Below are positions 18,591 through 27,096 of a stretch of DNA of 64,000 bases, piece by piece. A model generated the notes under the pieces. It had not been told where the DNA came from. It did not search any database and was given only the letters and a program-made list of their open reading frames with translations. Each line of letters starts with the position of its first letter. The stretch's first letter is position 1. Source of the DNA: an uncultured Pseudomonadota bacterium (lineage in GTDB: Bacteria; Oederibacteriota; Muellerivitia; Muellerivitales; Muellerivitaceae); contig CAWIIP010000002.1 in NCBI GenBank assembly GCA_963836235.1, forward strand, positions 672,001 through 736,000, given 5' to 3'. A program made the position numbers and the translations under genes.

Positions 18591-19333
18591 GAATGCCCCC
18601 TTAAACCACGGCTTGCCTTTTGAAGCAGTATCAACATTTCCCTTGTGGCTTTCTCTAATCCTACCATAGAAGCCCGTGCAACGATGTTATGCCCAATATT
18701 CAAGTCTTCGATTTCGGGCAGGGCCGCGATCGGAGTGACGTTTTGATAAGTCAATCCATGGCCCGCGTGAACTTTGAGGCCCAGGGAATGACCCAATCGG
18801 GCTCCCGCCACCAATACCAGGAGTTCTTTTTTGACATTCCCACCCAACCGGCATGCCCGGCTATAAGCGCCGGTGTGAAGTTCAATAAAGGTCGCCCCCA
18901 GCCGGGAAGAAAGTTGGATATCTTGCGGCCGGGGATCAATGAAAAGGGAAACGGGAATACCTTTCGCCTGGAGCTGGTTGATGGACTTTTCAAAACGGTT
19001 CAAGGAAGAAGAAAGAGCCAATCCACCCTCGGTAGTAAGCTCCTGGCGCTTTTCGGGGACCAAAGTAACTTGATCGGGTTTAATCCGGAGAGCGAACCTG
19101 ACCATTTCCACCGATGCCGCCATTTCCAGGTTTAGTTTAGTTTTGATGATTTTCCGTAACCCAATGACATCTTGGTCCTGGATGTGACGCCTGTCTTCCC
19201 TGAGATGGACGGTAATACCTTGGGCCCCGGCTTTTTCAACAAGCCTTGCCGCTTCCAGCGGATCAGGCTCCTCTTCCCGGCGAGCCTGCCGTAAAGTGGC
19301 GATGTGGTCAATGTTCACGCATAAAAAGGCCAT
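18587..19333 (-). CDS. pdxJ: Pyridoxine 5'-phosphate synthase
   Basis: VNIDHIATLRQAR, HLREDRRHI, TTEGGL, AGHGL, NIGH. Confidence 0.97.
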   Translation of the reverse strand: MAFLCVNIDHIATLRQARREEEPDPLEAARLVEKAGAQGITVHLREDRRHIQDQDVIGLRKIIKTKLNLEMAASVEMVRFALRIKPDQVTLVPEKRQELTTEGGLALSSSLNRFEKSINQLQAKGIPVSLFIDPRPQDIQLSSRLGATFIELHTGAYSRACRLGGNVKKELLVLVAGARLGHSLGLKVHAGHGLTYQNVTPIAALPEIEDLNIGHNIVARASMVGLEKATREMLILLQKASRGLRGHS

Positions 19334-19334
19334 A

Positions 19335-19736
19335 TTACTTTCCCGGTTTTTTCTTGGAGGTCTCCTGGGGTGTATCCAAAGGTATCAAGTGAACTTTCAA
19401 GTCATGGACACTGGCGGTTACACCCTCGGGCAGCTGTTCGATTTTGGGCCTGAGCACAACTTCTTGTTGGCCCGGCGGAATACCTTTCAAACTGGCGGTG
19501 GCGTCCAGGTCGTCCGCTTCCAGGTCCTTTACGTTTTTTCCGATTAACATCACCGAAACGGACGTCTTCACGGTTGGGTCAAGAGCCATCCCCGCCGGAA
19601 TATCGGTCAATTCCACGTAAAGGGTCAAATGCTTGTGGTCAAGGACCTGTTTTAGGTCCACGTAAGCCCAAAGAAGAGAGGCGATGAAAACCGCCAATAG
19701 TTTCAGGTTGAAGTTTTCAAAAATCCAGCGTTTCAT
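19335..19736 (-). CDS. cdaR: CdaR/YbbR-like regulator (single domain)
   Basis: NFNLKLLAVFIASLLWAYV TM motif, directly after cdaA. Confidence 0.75.
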   Translation of the reverse strand: MKRWIFENFNLKLLAVFIASLLWAYVDLKQVLDHKHLTLYVELTDIPAGMALDPTVKTSVSVMLIGKNVKDLEADDLDATASLKGIPPGQQEVVLRPKIEQLPEGVTASVHDLKVHLIPLDTPQETSKKKPGK

Positions 19737-19745
19737 CCAAACTCC

Positions 19746-20510
19746 TTAATCCACCTTGGTTCCATAAAGAGTCAGCATTTCCTCAAGCGTATTGCCGTCA
19801 ATTTCCGGCGTGATTTTCCCCGCCATGGCAAAAGCGATCGTATGGTTTTCTTCCGAAACGACGATGGCCAAAGCATCCGTCTCCTCCGTAATTCCGACTG
19901 CCGCGCGATGCCGGGTGCCATAGGATTTACTGAGGTTGAGATTCTGGCTTAAGGGCAGGATGCATCCCGCCGCCGCGATTTTTCCCCCGCGGATGATGAC
20001 GGCCCCGTCATGGAGGGGCGAATGGGGCACAAAAAGCGTGACCAACAGTTCGGCGGTGACATCAGCCTCAATTTTGGTACCGGATTCAAAAACACTTTGA
20101 AGGCTGTCATCTCGCTCAATGACAATGAGAGCCCCCCGACGGGTCTTGACCAGATCCCTAACTGCGGTGGTAATTTCCTTAAAAAGGGCCGCCTCACCCT
20201 GAAAAACACCACCCCAGAAACCTCCCCGCCCGATTTGAGTAATGATGCGGCGCAGGTCCGGTTGGAAAACCACCACGAAGGAAATGACGACAAAAGGGCC
20301 GACATTGCTCAAAAGCCAGTCCAGCGTTAAAAGGTGGAACTGGCTGGCGATGGCTGCCGCCATGAATAAAATCCCGAACCCGACTACGATGCGGGTGGCA
20401 TGAACCTCACGAATTAAGAGCAAAAGCTGATAAATCACGAAGGAAACAACCACGATATCCAAGGCGTCAACCAACCGAAAATTGGCAAAGAGGGCGATCA
20501 GGATATTCAT
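19746..20510 (-). CDS. cdaA: Diadenylate cyclase CdaA
   Basis: 3 TM segments, GALIVIER, LHDGA, GTRHRAA, VSEE. Confidence 0.95.
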   Translation of the reverse strand: MNILIALFANFRLVDALDIVVVSFVIYQLLLLIREVHATRIVVGFGILFMAAAIASQFHLLTLDWLLSNVGPFVVISFVVVFQPDLRRIITQIGRGGFWGGVFQGEAALFKEITTAVRDLVKTRRGALIVIERDDSLQSVFESGTKIEADVTAELLVTLFVPHSPLHDGAVIIRGGKIAAAGCILPLSQNLNLSKSYGTRHRAAVGITEETDALAIVVSEENHTIAFAMAGKITPEIDGNTLEEMLTLYGTKVD

Positions 20511-21679
20511 GGTCTGGACAATCCCCGGTCATAACGAATGGCGTCAGCTATTTTTACCACACGGCTCATGCTTTGAACATCATGAACTCGGACAAAATCG
20601 GCCCCCTTGAGAATGGACGCGGTAACTACGGCTCCCGTGGCTTCCACTCTTTCCTCGGGTGGAGCTCCCCCCAACAAGAATCCCAAAGTAGATTTACGGG
20701 AAGGGCCTGTCACGATAGGCCGGCCTAAAATTTTGAATTCCCAAATGCGCCGTGTAAGTTCCATGTTATGCCAAGGAGTCTTGCCAAAACCAAACCCTGG
20801 GTCGATCAGGAGTCGGTCCTCGGAAATACCACATCTAATGGCGTAAGCGATTCGGTCCCTAAAAAAAGCCAACACGTCACCCACCACATCTTGATAAATG
20901 GGATTCTTTTGCATAGTTCTGGGTTTTCCCAGCATGTGCATCAAGACCACAGGTACTTTTAAGCGTGCCACCAAATTTCCCATCAAAGGATCAAGCCTTA
21001 AGGCGCCGATATCGTTGATCATTTGCGCGCCCTCACCTACCGCCGCCCGAGCCACCTCGGATTTATAGGTGTCCACCGATACCGGTATCCGCAATGCTTT
21101 GGCGCAGGCTTTAAGGACCGGCAGGATTCGCTTTTTTTCCTCCGAAACCGATACCGATTTAGCCCCAGGGCGAGTGGATTCCCCTCCGATATCCACCCAA
21201 TCGGCCCCTTCTGTTTGCATTCGCAATGCTCTTTCTGCGGCTAGAATCGGATCAACATAACGGCCACCATCCGAAAAGGAATCAGGCGTAATATTAAGGA
21301 CTCCCATGATTTGGGTTTTACGGTCCCCTCTGAATCTTCGATTTCCGTGTCCTTTCAATTCCCATAAATTTTCAGATCCATAGGATTTGAAAGCCAAATC
21401 AATCTGACGAGACAACACCGGAAAATCCTTGAGTATTTTGGAAATGGTCGGGACATTGGACAATTGACAAGTCCAAATCACGTCGAAAGTTGAATTTTTT
21501 TTGAATTGGATATGCCCAATGAAAGGTAAAAAAGAGACCTTTTGTGCGAACTTGATGGCCGAAGATTTTGAGGAAAATTCAGCCGCACAAATAACTTCAA
21601 AGGACAAAGCGGAAAAAAGTGAGAACTCGAATGGATCAGGATGAAGAATTCGAAAAGAAACCCCGCCCAAGCGCGGCAT
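20507..21679 (-). CDS. folP: Dihydropteroate synthase with N-terminal extension
   Basis: MGVLNITPDSFSDGG, GGESTRPG, DPGFGFGK, SRKS, RVHDV. Confidence 0.95.
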   Translation of the reverse strand: MPRLGGVSFRILHPDPFEFSLFSALSFEVICAAEFSSKSSAIKFAQKVSFLPFIGHIQFKKNSTFDVIWTCQLSNVPTISKILKDFPVLSRQIDLAFKSYGSENLWELKGHGNRRFRGDRKTQIMGVLNITPDSFSDGGRYVDPILAAERALRMQTEGADWVDIGGESTRPGAKSVSVSEEKKRILPVLKACAKALRIPVSVDTYKSEVARAAVGEGAQMINDIGALRLDPLMGNLVARLKVPVVLMHMLGKPRTMQKNPIYQDVVGDVLAFFRDRIAYAIRCGISEDRLLIDPGFGFGKTPWHNMELTRRIWEFKILGRPIVTGPSRKSTLGFLLGGAPPEERVEATGAVVTASILKGADFVRVHDVQSMSRVVKIADAIRYDRGLSRP

Positions 21680-21683
21680 AAGC

Positions 21684-22253
21684 CTACTTCCCTATCAGTT
21701 GAAGGGCTTCCTTGCGAGTGATTTCGTTTTTTTGGAAAACACCTCGGACAGCGGAAGTGGTCATGCTGGAACCCGGCTTTTTGACGCCCCGCATGGTCAT
21801 GCAAAGATGCTCGGCTTCCACAATAACGAAAACTCCATGAGGCTTCAGTACCTTCATCAGGGTATCGGCGATTTGGGTAGTGATTCGCTCCTGGAGCTGG
21901 GGACGACGGGAGACTACCTCTACAACTCGGGCCAATTTGGAGAGCCCGGCCAATCGGTCCTTTCGGGGAATATAAGCCACGTGAGCCCTACCATTAAAGG
22001 GAAGCAAGTGGTGCTCGCACATTGAGTAAAAAGGAATATCCCGAAGAATGACCATTTCTTCGTGGCCTTCGGTTTCGAAGACGGTAATGATCTCCTTCGG
22101 ATCCATCGCCAACCCCGCAAAAACCTCTTCGTACATCTTGGCCACCCTCTTGGGGGTGTCTTTCAATCCCTCCCGATGGGGATTTTCACCAATAGCGATC
22201 AAGATTTCCCGGACGGCCTTCTCGATTCTGGCTTTATCCAATCCGTCCCCCAC
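21684..22253 (-). CDS. folE: GTP cyclohydrolase I
   Basis: [34 protein letters not shown]. Confidence 0.97.
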   Translation of the reverse strand: MGDGLDKARIEKAVREILIAIGENPHREGLKDTPKRVAKMYEEVFAGLAMDPKEIITVFETEGHEEMVILRDIPFYSMCEHHLLPFNGRAHVAYIPRKDRLAGLSKLARVVEVVSRRPQLQERITTQIADTLMKVLKPHGVFVIVEAEHLCMTMRGVKKPGSSMTTSAVRGVFQKNEITRKEALQLIGK

Positions 22254-24165
22254 CCTGAATGGCCTGGGAGGGAGCGGTTTGAGGCTTTAATACCACATTG
22301 GGTGTTACCGGCGCCGGATTGGAAGGGGTGGGAGGAATCGTCGAATCCTTGGAAGGTGGTTTAGGCGCAATCTTCCTTCCCGCTAAAATATTATCCACAT
22401 CCGTGCTATCGAGAATTTCCCGCTCCAAGAGAGCTTCCGCCATGATTTTAAGGAATTTACGGTTCTTTTTGAGAATTTCCATAGCTTTCTTATGGCAGTC
22501 TTCCACAATGCGTTTTACCTCGGCATCGATCGTTTGAGCCGTTTGTTCGGAGTAGCTTTTTTCCTTCATCATGTCGCGACCGATGAAGACCATGTCGTCT
22601 TTCTTACCCAAGGTAATGGATCCTAATTTCTCGCTCATGCCATATTCACAAATCATGGCCCGAGCGATTTCGGTAGCCCGGTTCAAATCGTCCCCGGCCC
22701 CGGTCGTGACATCACCGAAGGTCAATTCCTCGGCGGTACGTCCACCCAAAAGGGCAGTTATGCGATGCAAGAGCTCAGTTTTTGAGGCTAGAAAACGCTC
22801 CTCGTTTGGAAGATACCAGGTAGCGCCCAAGGCTGCGTGCCCCCGGGGAATAATGGAAACCTTATGGACCGAATGAGACTTGTCGACCATTTTTCCCACA
22901 ATAGTGTGGCCTGACTCGTGATAAGCCACAATTTTCTTTTCCTCATCCGAAATGACACGGGTTCGTCGTTCCGGACCTGCCATGACCCTATCGATAGCTT
23001 CTTCCAGTTCTGGCATTTCAACGGCCTTTTTATTTCGGCGAGCGGCCAACAGCGCCGCTTCGTTGATAAGGTTTGCCAAGTCCGCGCCCGAAAAACCTGG
23101 AGTGCGCCGGGCGATCACCCCTAAATCCACTCCATCGATTAACTTCACATTTTTCGCGTGAACGCGGAGAATAGCTTCTCTTCCGGCCAAATCGGGGCGA
23201 TCCACTACTACTTGCCGATCAAATCGACCGGGGCGCAGCAAAGCTGGGTCCAGGACATCCATTCGATTCGTCGCAGCGATCAAAATAACTCCGGTATTGG
23301 TGTTGAAACCATCCATTTCTACCAGCATGGCATTTAAAGTTTGTTCCCGTTCATCGTGGCCCCCGCCTAGCCCAGCTCCCCTTTGGCGACCGACCGCGTC
23401 GATTTCGTCGATAAAGATAATGCAAGGAGCGTGTTTTTTGCCTTGTTCAAACAAGTCACGAACCCGGGCCGCGCCAACCCCAACGAACATTTCCACAAAA
23501 TCAGAACCCGAAATCGAGAAGAAAGGCACGCCCGCCTCGCCCGCTACCGCTTTAGCCAAAAGAGTTTTCCCGGTTCCCGGAGGGCCTAATAGGATGACAC
23601 CCTTAGGAATTTTTCCACCAAGCTGTTGATATTTTTTAGGGTCCTTCAGAAAGTCAACCACTTCCATTAACTCGGTCTTAGCTTCGTCCACGCCAGCCAC
23701 ATCCGCGAAAGTCACTTTTTGCTGGCCGGATGTCATCAAGCGAGCACGACTTTTTCCAAAAGCCAATGCTCCGCCGCTACCCGACTGGGCTTGGCGCATC
23801 ATGAAAACAAACCACCCAATGATCAGAAGGTAAGGTGCTAGGTTTAATACAATAGTCCAGAACATTCCTAACCGCATGGGTGACTCGACTTTTACCTGTA
23901 CATTTTTATCTAAAAGCATTTTGACCAAATTTGGATCGTCTGGTTCGAAGACTTTAAATTCCGTCTTGTCCTTTGTGATCCCGCTGATCAAATGGTCTTC
24001 GGAATGGATAGTCACGGACTGGGTGTCACCGGATTGGACCGAAGCCACAAATTGAGAATAATCCCATTCGTTTTGGGATTTTGTTTTGTTCGTTTGTTGA
24101 ATGAAATACATAACGACGACAAAGGCCAACAACCATCCGGCAATAATTTTAAAGGTCTGGTTCAA
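22234..24165 (-). CDS. ftsH: ATP-dependent zinc metalloprotease FtsH
   Basis: 2 TM segments, [28 protein letters not shown]; TTG start after GAGGAG. Confidence 0.97.
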   Translation of the reverse strand: MNQTFKIIAGWLLAFVVVMYFIQQTNKTKSQNEWDYSQFVASVQSGDTQSVTIHSEDHLISGITKDKTEFKVFEPDDPNLVKMLLDKNVQVKVESPMRLGMFWTIVLNLAPYLLIIGWFVFMMRQAQSGSGGALAFGKSRARLMTSGQQKVTFADVAGVDEAKTELMEVVDFLKDPKKYQQLGGKIPKGVILLGPPGTGKTLLAKAVAGEAGVPFFSISGSDFVEMFVGVGAARVRDLFEQGKKHAPCIIFIDEIDAVGRQRGAGLGGGHDEREQTLNAMLVEMDGFNTNTGVILIAATNRMDVLDPALLRPGRFDRQVVVDRPDLAGREAILRVHAKNVKLIDGVDLGVIARRTPGFSGADLANLINEAALLAARRNKKAVEMPELEEAIDRVMAGPERRTRVISDEEKKIVAYHESGHTIVGKMVDKSHSVHKVSIIPRGHAALGATWYLPNEERFLASKTELLHRITALLGGRTAEELTFGDVTTGAGDDLNRATEIARAMICEYGMSEKLGSITLGKKDDMVFIGRDMMKEKSYSEQTAQTIDAEVKRIVEDCHKKAMEILKKNRKFLKIMAEALLEREILDSTDVDNILAGRKIAPKPPSKDSTIPPTPSNPAPVTPNVVLKPQTAPSQAIQGGGRIG

Positions 24166-24246
24166 AGAAGCACTCCTCACATGAAAGTAACCGCGGAAAC
24201 GTCAGGTTCAAGCTAGGAACATATCCTTAAAGAAGCAAGGAACCGT

Positions 24247-24276
24247 ATCATAACTGAGCCTCTTTTCGATTTGCAA
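24247..24276 (-). promoter_or_regulatory. Putative sigma70 promoter for the ftsH operon
   Basis: TTGCAA-N18-TATGAT. Confidence 0.5.
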
Positions 24277-24362
24277 GCAACGGGGAAAGGGTGCCACCGA
24301 AATATCGAATGTTCAAGGCTCCGCCCCAAAAGTATCCGCGCTTACTCCAGGGAAACCGGCCT

Positions 24363-25367
24363 TTATCCGCTCGCCAATCGCAAAAAAGCCTTGTTTCCAC
24401 TCTTTCCAGCGACTAACCCGAATCCTAGATCCCTTGGACCCTTTTCCTTTCCTTCCCACAACCGAATAACTTCCTCAATCCGATCAAAGGAAAATCCACG
24501 TGCATTGGCATTCAATTGCTCGCTAACAAAGCGGACCCATCTCCTCTGGAGGGCCAAAGGCGTTCTTTGGAAACTTTCGGCCCGGCAGGAATAAACCCCA
24601 CGCACCCAACGGCTTTTCACTTTCCGTTCAACTAAAACCAAAAAACCTTCCAAAACCTGATCTTCCGCGGAAGTGATCTCCCCTACTCGGGCCAGCGTTT
24701 GCGTAAGATTACTGTTCCAACGGGAGAGGAAAGGAAGAATCTCGTGACGAATTTGATTTCGGCGATAATCAGTTTTGCGGTTGGTTTTGTCCTCTCGCCA
24801 TTCGACGCCATTTTCTTTTAAATAATCTCGAATCTGTTCTTTCGAAAAGGATAAAAGAGGCCGCCAGACTTTCAAAGATCGGTTATTTTCAGAAAATTTT
24901 AACACTTGAACAGGCCTTAGACCCGAGAGACCCCGAGATCCTGCTCCCCTGAGTAACCTGTCCAAAACTGTTTCGGCTTGGTCTTCCTGGTGATGGGCCA
25001 CCGCCACACCCCAAGCGCCTTCCCTTTCAGCCAATTTTTGAAAAAAGGAATAACGAATTTCACGAGCCAAATCTTGAAGCGATTTTTTTTCGTTTTTCGT
25101 CCTTATTTTCAATCTTTTCACCCGCAACCATCGAAACGGAATGTTTTCTTTTAGACATAACTGTCTTACCTTTTCTTTATCCAAAAAGGAGTCCCGGCCC
25201 CTTAATCCGTAGTTAACATGGGCCACTACCAAGTGCCGTGCTGCCTGCGGCCATTGTTCTTTCAATAAAACCAGCAGGCCCAAAGAATCAGCGCCACCGG
25301 AAACACCTACGATAAGCCGGTTTCTTTTGGAAAAAGGAAAAGACGGCAACATCAAATGGGTTGGCAT
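24363..25367 (-). CDS. tilS: tRNA(Ile)-lysidine synthetase, short form
   Basis: SGGADS PP-loop, AREIRY, AHHQEDQAET, RPLL, RNQIR; upstream of ftsH. Confidence 0.93.
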   Translation of the reverse strand: MPTHLMLPSFPFSKRNRLIVGVSGGADSLGLLVLLKEQWPQAARHLVVAHVNYGLRGRDSFLDKEKVRQLCLKENIPFRWLRVKRLKIRTKNEKKSLQDLAREIRYSFFQKLAEREGAWGVAVAHHQEDQAETVLDRLLRGAGSRGLSGLRPVQVLKFSENNRSLKVWRPLLSFSKEQIRDYLKENGVEWREDKTNRKTDYRRNQIRHEILPFLSRWNSNLTQTLARVGEITSAEDQVLEGFLVLVERKVKSRWVRGVYSCRAESFQRTPLALQRRWVRFVSEQLNANARGFSFDRIEEVIRLWEGKEKGPRDLGFGLVAGKSGNKAFLRLASG

Positions 25368-25396
25368 GATGGACCTTCTTGGGATGGGTTTAAATA

Positions 25397-25473
25397 TGGT
25401 AGCGGGGGAGAGACTCGAACTCTCGACCTACGGATTATGAAACCGTTGCTCTGACCAACTGAGCTACCCCGCC
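25397..25473 (-). tRNA. tRNA-Met (CAT), elongator type
   Basis: GGCGGGGTAGCTCAG...TTCATAA...GTTCGAGT...CCCCGCTACCA, 77 nt, CCA encoded. Confidence 0.9.
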
Positions 25474-25586
25474 ATCCGGTGGGTTTGCCCTTCCCATCTT
25501 CCCTGAAAAGACGGAAAACCCGGATGGGCAAACAAAAATTGGACCGTTAGCTCGTCCTGCGAATTTTTGGAAGAGCCGGGTCAGTG

Positions 25587-25615
25587 AATATGCCAATCTT
25601 CCGGTTTGTTGTCAA
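25587..25615 (-). promoter_or_regulatory. Putative sigma70 promoter for tRNA-Met/tilS
   Basis: TTGACA-N17-CATATT with TG extension. Confidence 0.6.
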
Positions 25616-25631
25616 TTGTCTTAAAGGAAGG

Positions 25632-26066
25632 TTACTTGTTCTTTTCTTTGCGTTCGTAATAAGATTTTTTTAATTCTTGGGCGATAACCGGATTTTTCAT
25701 CAATATTTTATCAAAATCGTAGCGTTGAAGGATAAAGAGTTCGGTGACTTCCTCCGCCACGACCGTGGCATTACGGGGCTCGTTTGAAATAAGCGCCATT
25801 TCGCCAAAAAATTCATCAACGCCAAGAGTAGCCACTTGAGATTTTCGAAATCCCTTTTTCATCCAAATCGAAACTTTTCCGGAAGCGATCAAATAAAAAG
25901 CGTCTCCCGGATCACCTTGCTTAATAATTTCATAACCCTTTTGAACTCGTATCATCCGAAGATGACCGATTAATTCGTCCAGTTCATTTAATTTCAAGGA
26001 TTGGAAAAAATAGGTATTTTGTAAAACGTGTCGAAGACGGCTAAAAATAGATGCGGTATCAGTCAT
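25632..26066 (-). CDS. Stand-alone cyclic nucleotide-binding domain protein
   Basis: IIKQGDPGDAFYLIASG, FFGEMAL, PRNATV; no HTH. Confidence 0.9.
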   Translation of the reverse strand: MTDTASIFSRLRHVLQNTYFFQSLKLNELDELIGHLRMIRVQKGYEIIKQGDPGDAFYLIASGKVSIWMKKGFRKSQVATLGVDEFFGEMALISNEPRNATVVAEEVTELFILQRYDFDKILMKNPVIAQELKKSYYERKEKNK

Positions 26067-26217
26067 GGTCTTCTCCGTATTACAAAATCATTGATAATCA
26101 CGGAAGAAATTATATATCCGAAGAGGTTCCATTCAAAGGGGGAAAAGCTAAACAGATATTAGGGCCGAGCAAATACCAGTATTTTGCGAATCGTAACCAA
26201 AGAGCACGAGTTCGCTC

Positions 26218-27096
26218 TCAACCAAATACCAAACCTTTGTCGTTCAAATTTTTCAGAACGGCTTGAACGATTCGACTTTTGTTCAAAACATAAAAATGAA
26301 TGCCGGGAGCGCCGTTTCTTAAAAGTTCTTCGCATTGACGAGTAGCATATTCAATCCCGAATTGAATTACTTTTTCCTTATCGCCCTTGATCAATTCCAA
26401 ATATTTCACGATATCTTCGGGTAGTTTCGCGCCACAAAGATTACAGATTCTTTGGGTTTGCGCATAATCGGTTAAAAGCCAGATACCAGGTTGAATGGGG
26501 AGATTAATATCCATTTTCCTGAGACGCTCTACATATTTAAAGTAGTCCCGATTATCAAAATATAACTGAGTAATGATATATTGACCGCCAGCGTCGATTT
26601 TTCGTTTAAGATTTTCAATATCCGCTTCTAGGCTTTTCGCTTCTAAATGGCCCTCGGGGTAACCCGCAATCCCCAAACAAAAATCATAACCTTCAGATCT
26701 GATAAACTCGATGAGTTCATTGGCATAACGAAAACCATCAGGCGCGGGAACGAAGGAAGTCTCACCACGGGGAGGATCGCCCCGCAAAGCCAGTATATTT
26801 TCAATTCCGGCAGACTTTACCTGATCGAGTAAATCCTTAATTTCAAATCGCGAATGCCCGACGCAGGTGAAATGCATTAGAGGCAAAGCTCCAACTTCTT
26901 TCAACCTGACAGCAATTCCATAGGTCATATCCCGCGAAGACCCCCCCGCGCCATAAGTGATCGAAATATAATCCGGTTTTAATTCCTGTAATTCTTCGAC
27001 CGTTCGAAAAAGTCCATCGATATTTCCATCACGGGGAGCGGAAAGCTCGAAGGACAAAACTCTTTTTTTTTCGTCGAATAAATTTCGAATTTTCAT
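26218..27096 (-). CDS. metF: 5,10-methylenetetrahydrofolate reductase
   Basis: SFE, TYGAGGS, LALRGDPP, GYPEGH, ITQ, GIHFY; ATG 27096 overlaps the upstream stop. Confidence 0.95.
   Translation of the reverse strand: MKIRNLFDEKKRVLSFELSAPRDGNIDGLFRTVEELQELKPDYISITYGAGGSSRDMTYGIAVRLKEVGALPLMHFTCVGHSRFEIKDLLDQVKSAGIENILALRGDPPRGETSFVPAPDGFRYANELIEFIRSEGYDFCLGIAGYPEGHLEAKSLEADIENLKRKIDAGGQYIITQLYFDNRDYFKYVERLRKMDINLPIQPGIWLLTDYAQTQRICNLCGAKLPEDIVKYLELIKGDKEKVIQFGIEYATRQCEELLRNGAPGIHFYVLNKSRIVQAVLKNLNDKGLVFG

Noticed and set aside
22391-22399. Perfect DnaA box TTATCCACA
   Set aside because: Single copy inside ftsH, with no cluster, dnaA gene or strand switch
25397-25473. tRNA-Ile2 assignment suggested by adjacency to tilS
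   Set aside because: Acceptor stem GGCGGGG/CCCCGCT resembles elongator tRNA-Met and lacks the C4-G69/C5-G68 pairs associated with TilS substrates
25474-25500. GGGCAAAC suggesting a c-di-GMP-I riboswitch
   Set aside because: The GAAA-loop stem and the downstream GCAAAGC element are absent
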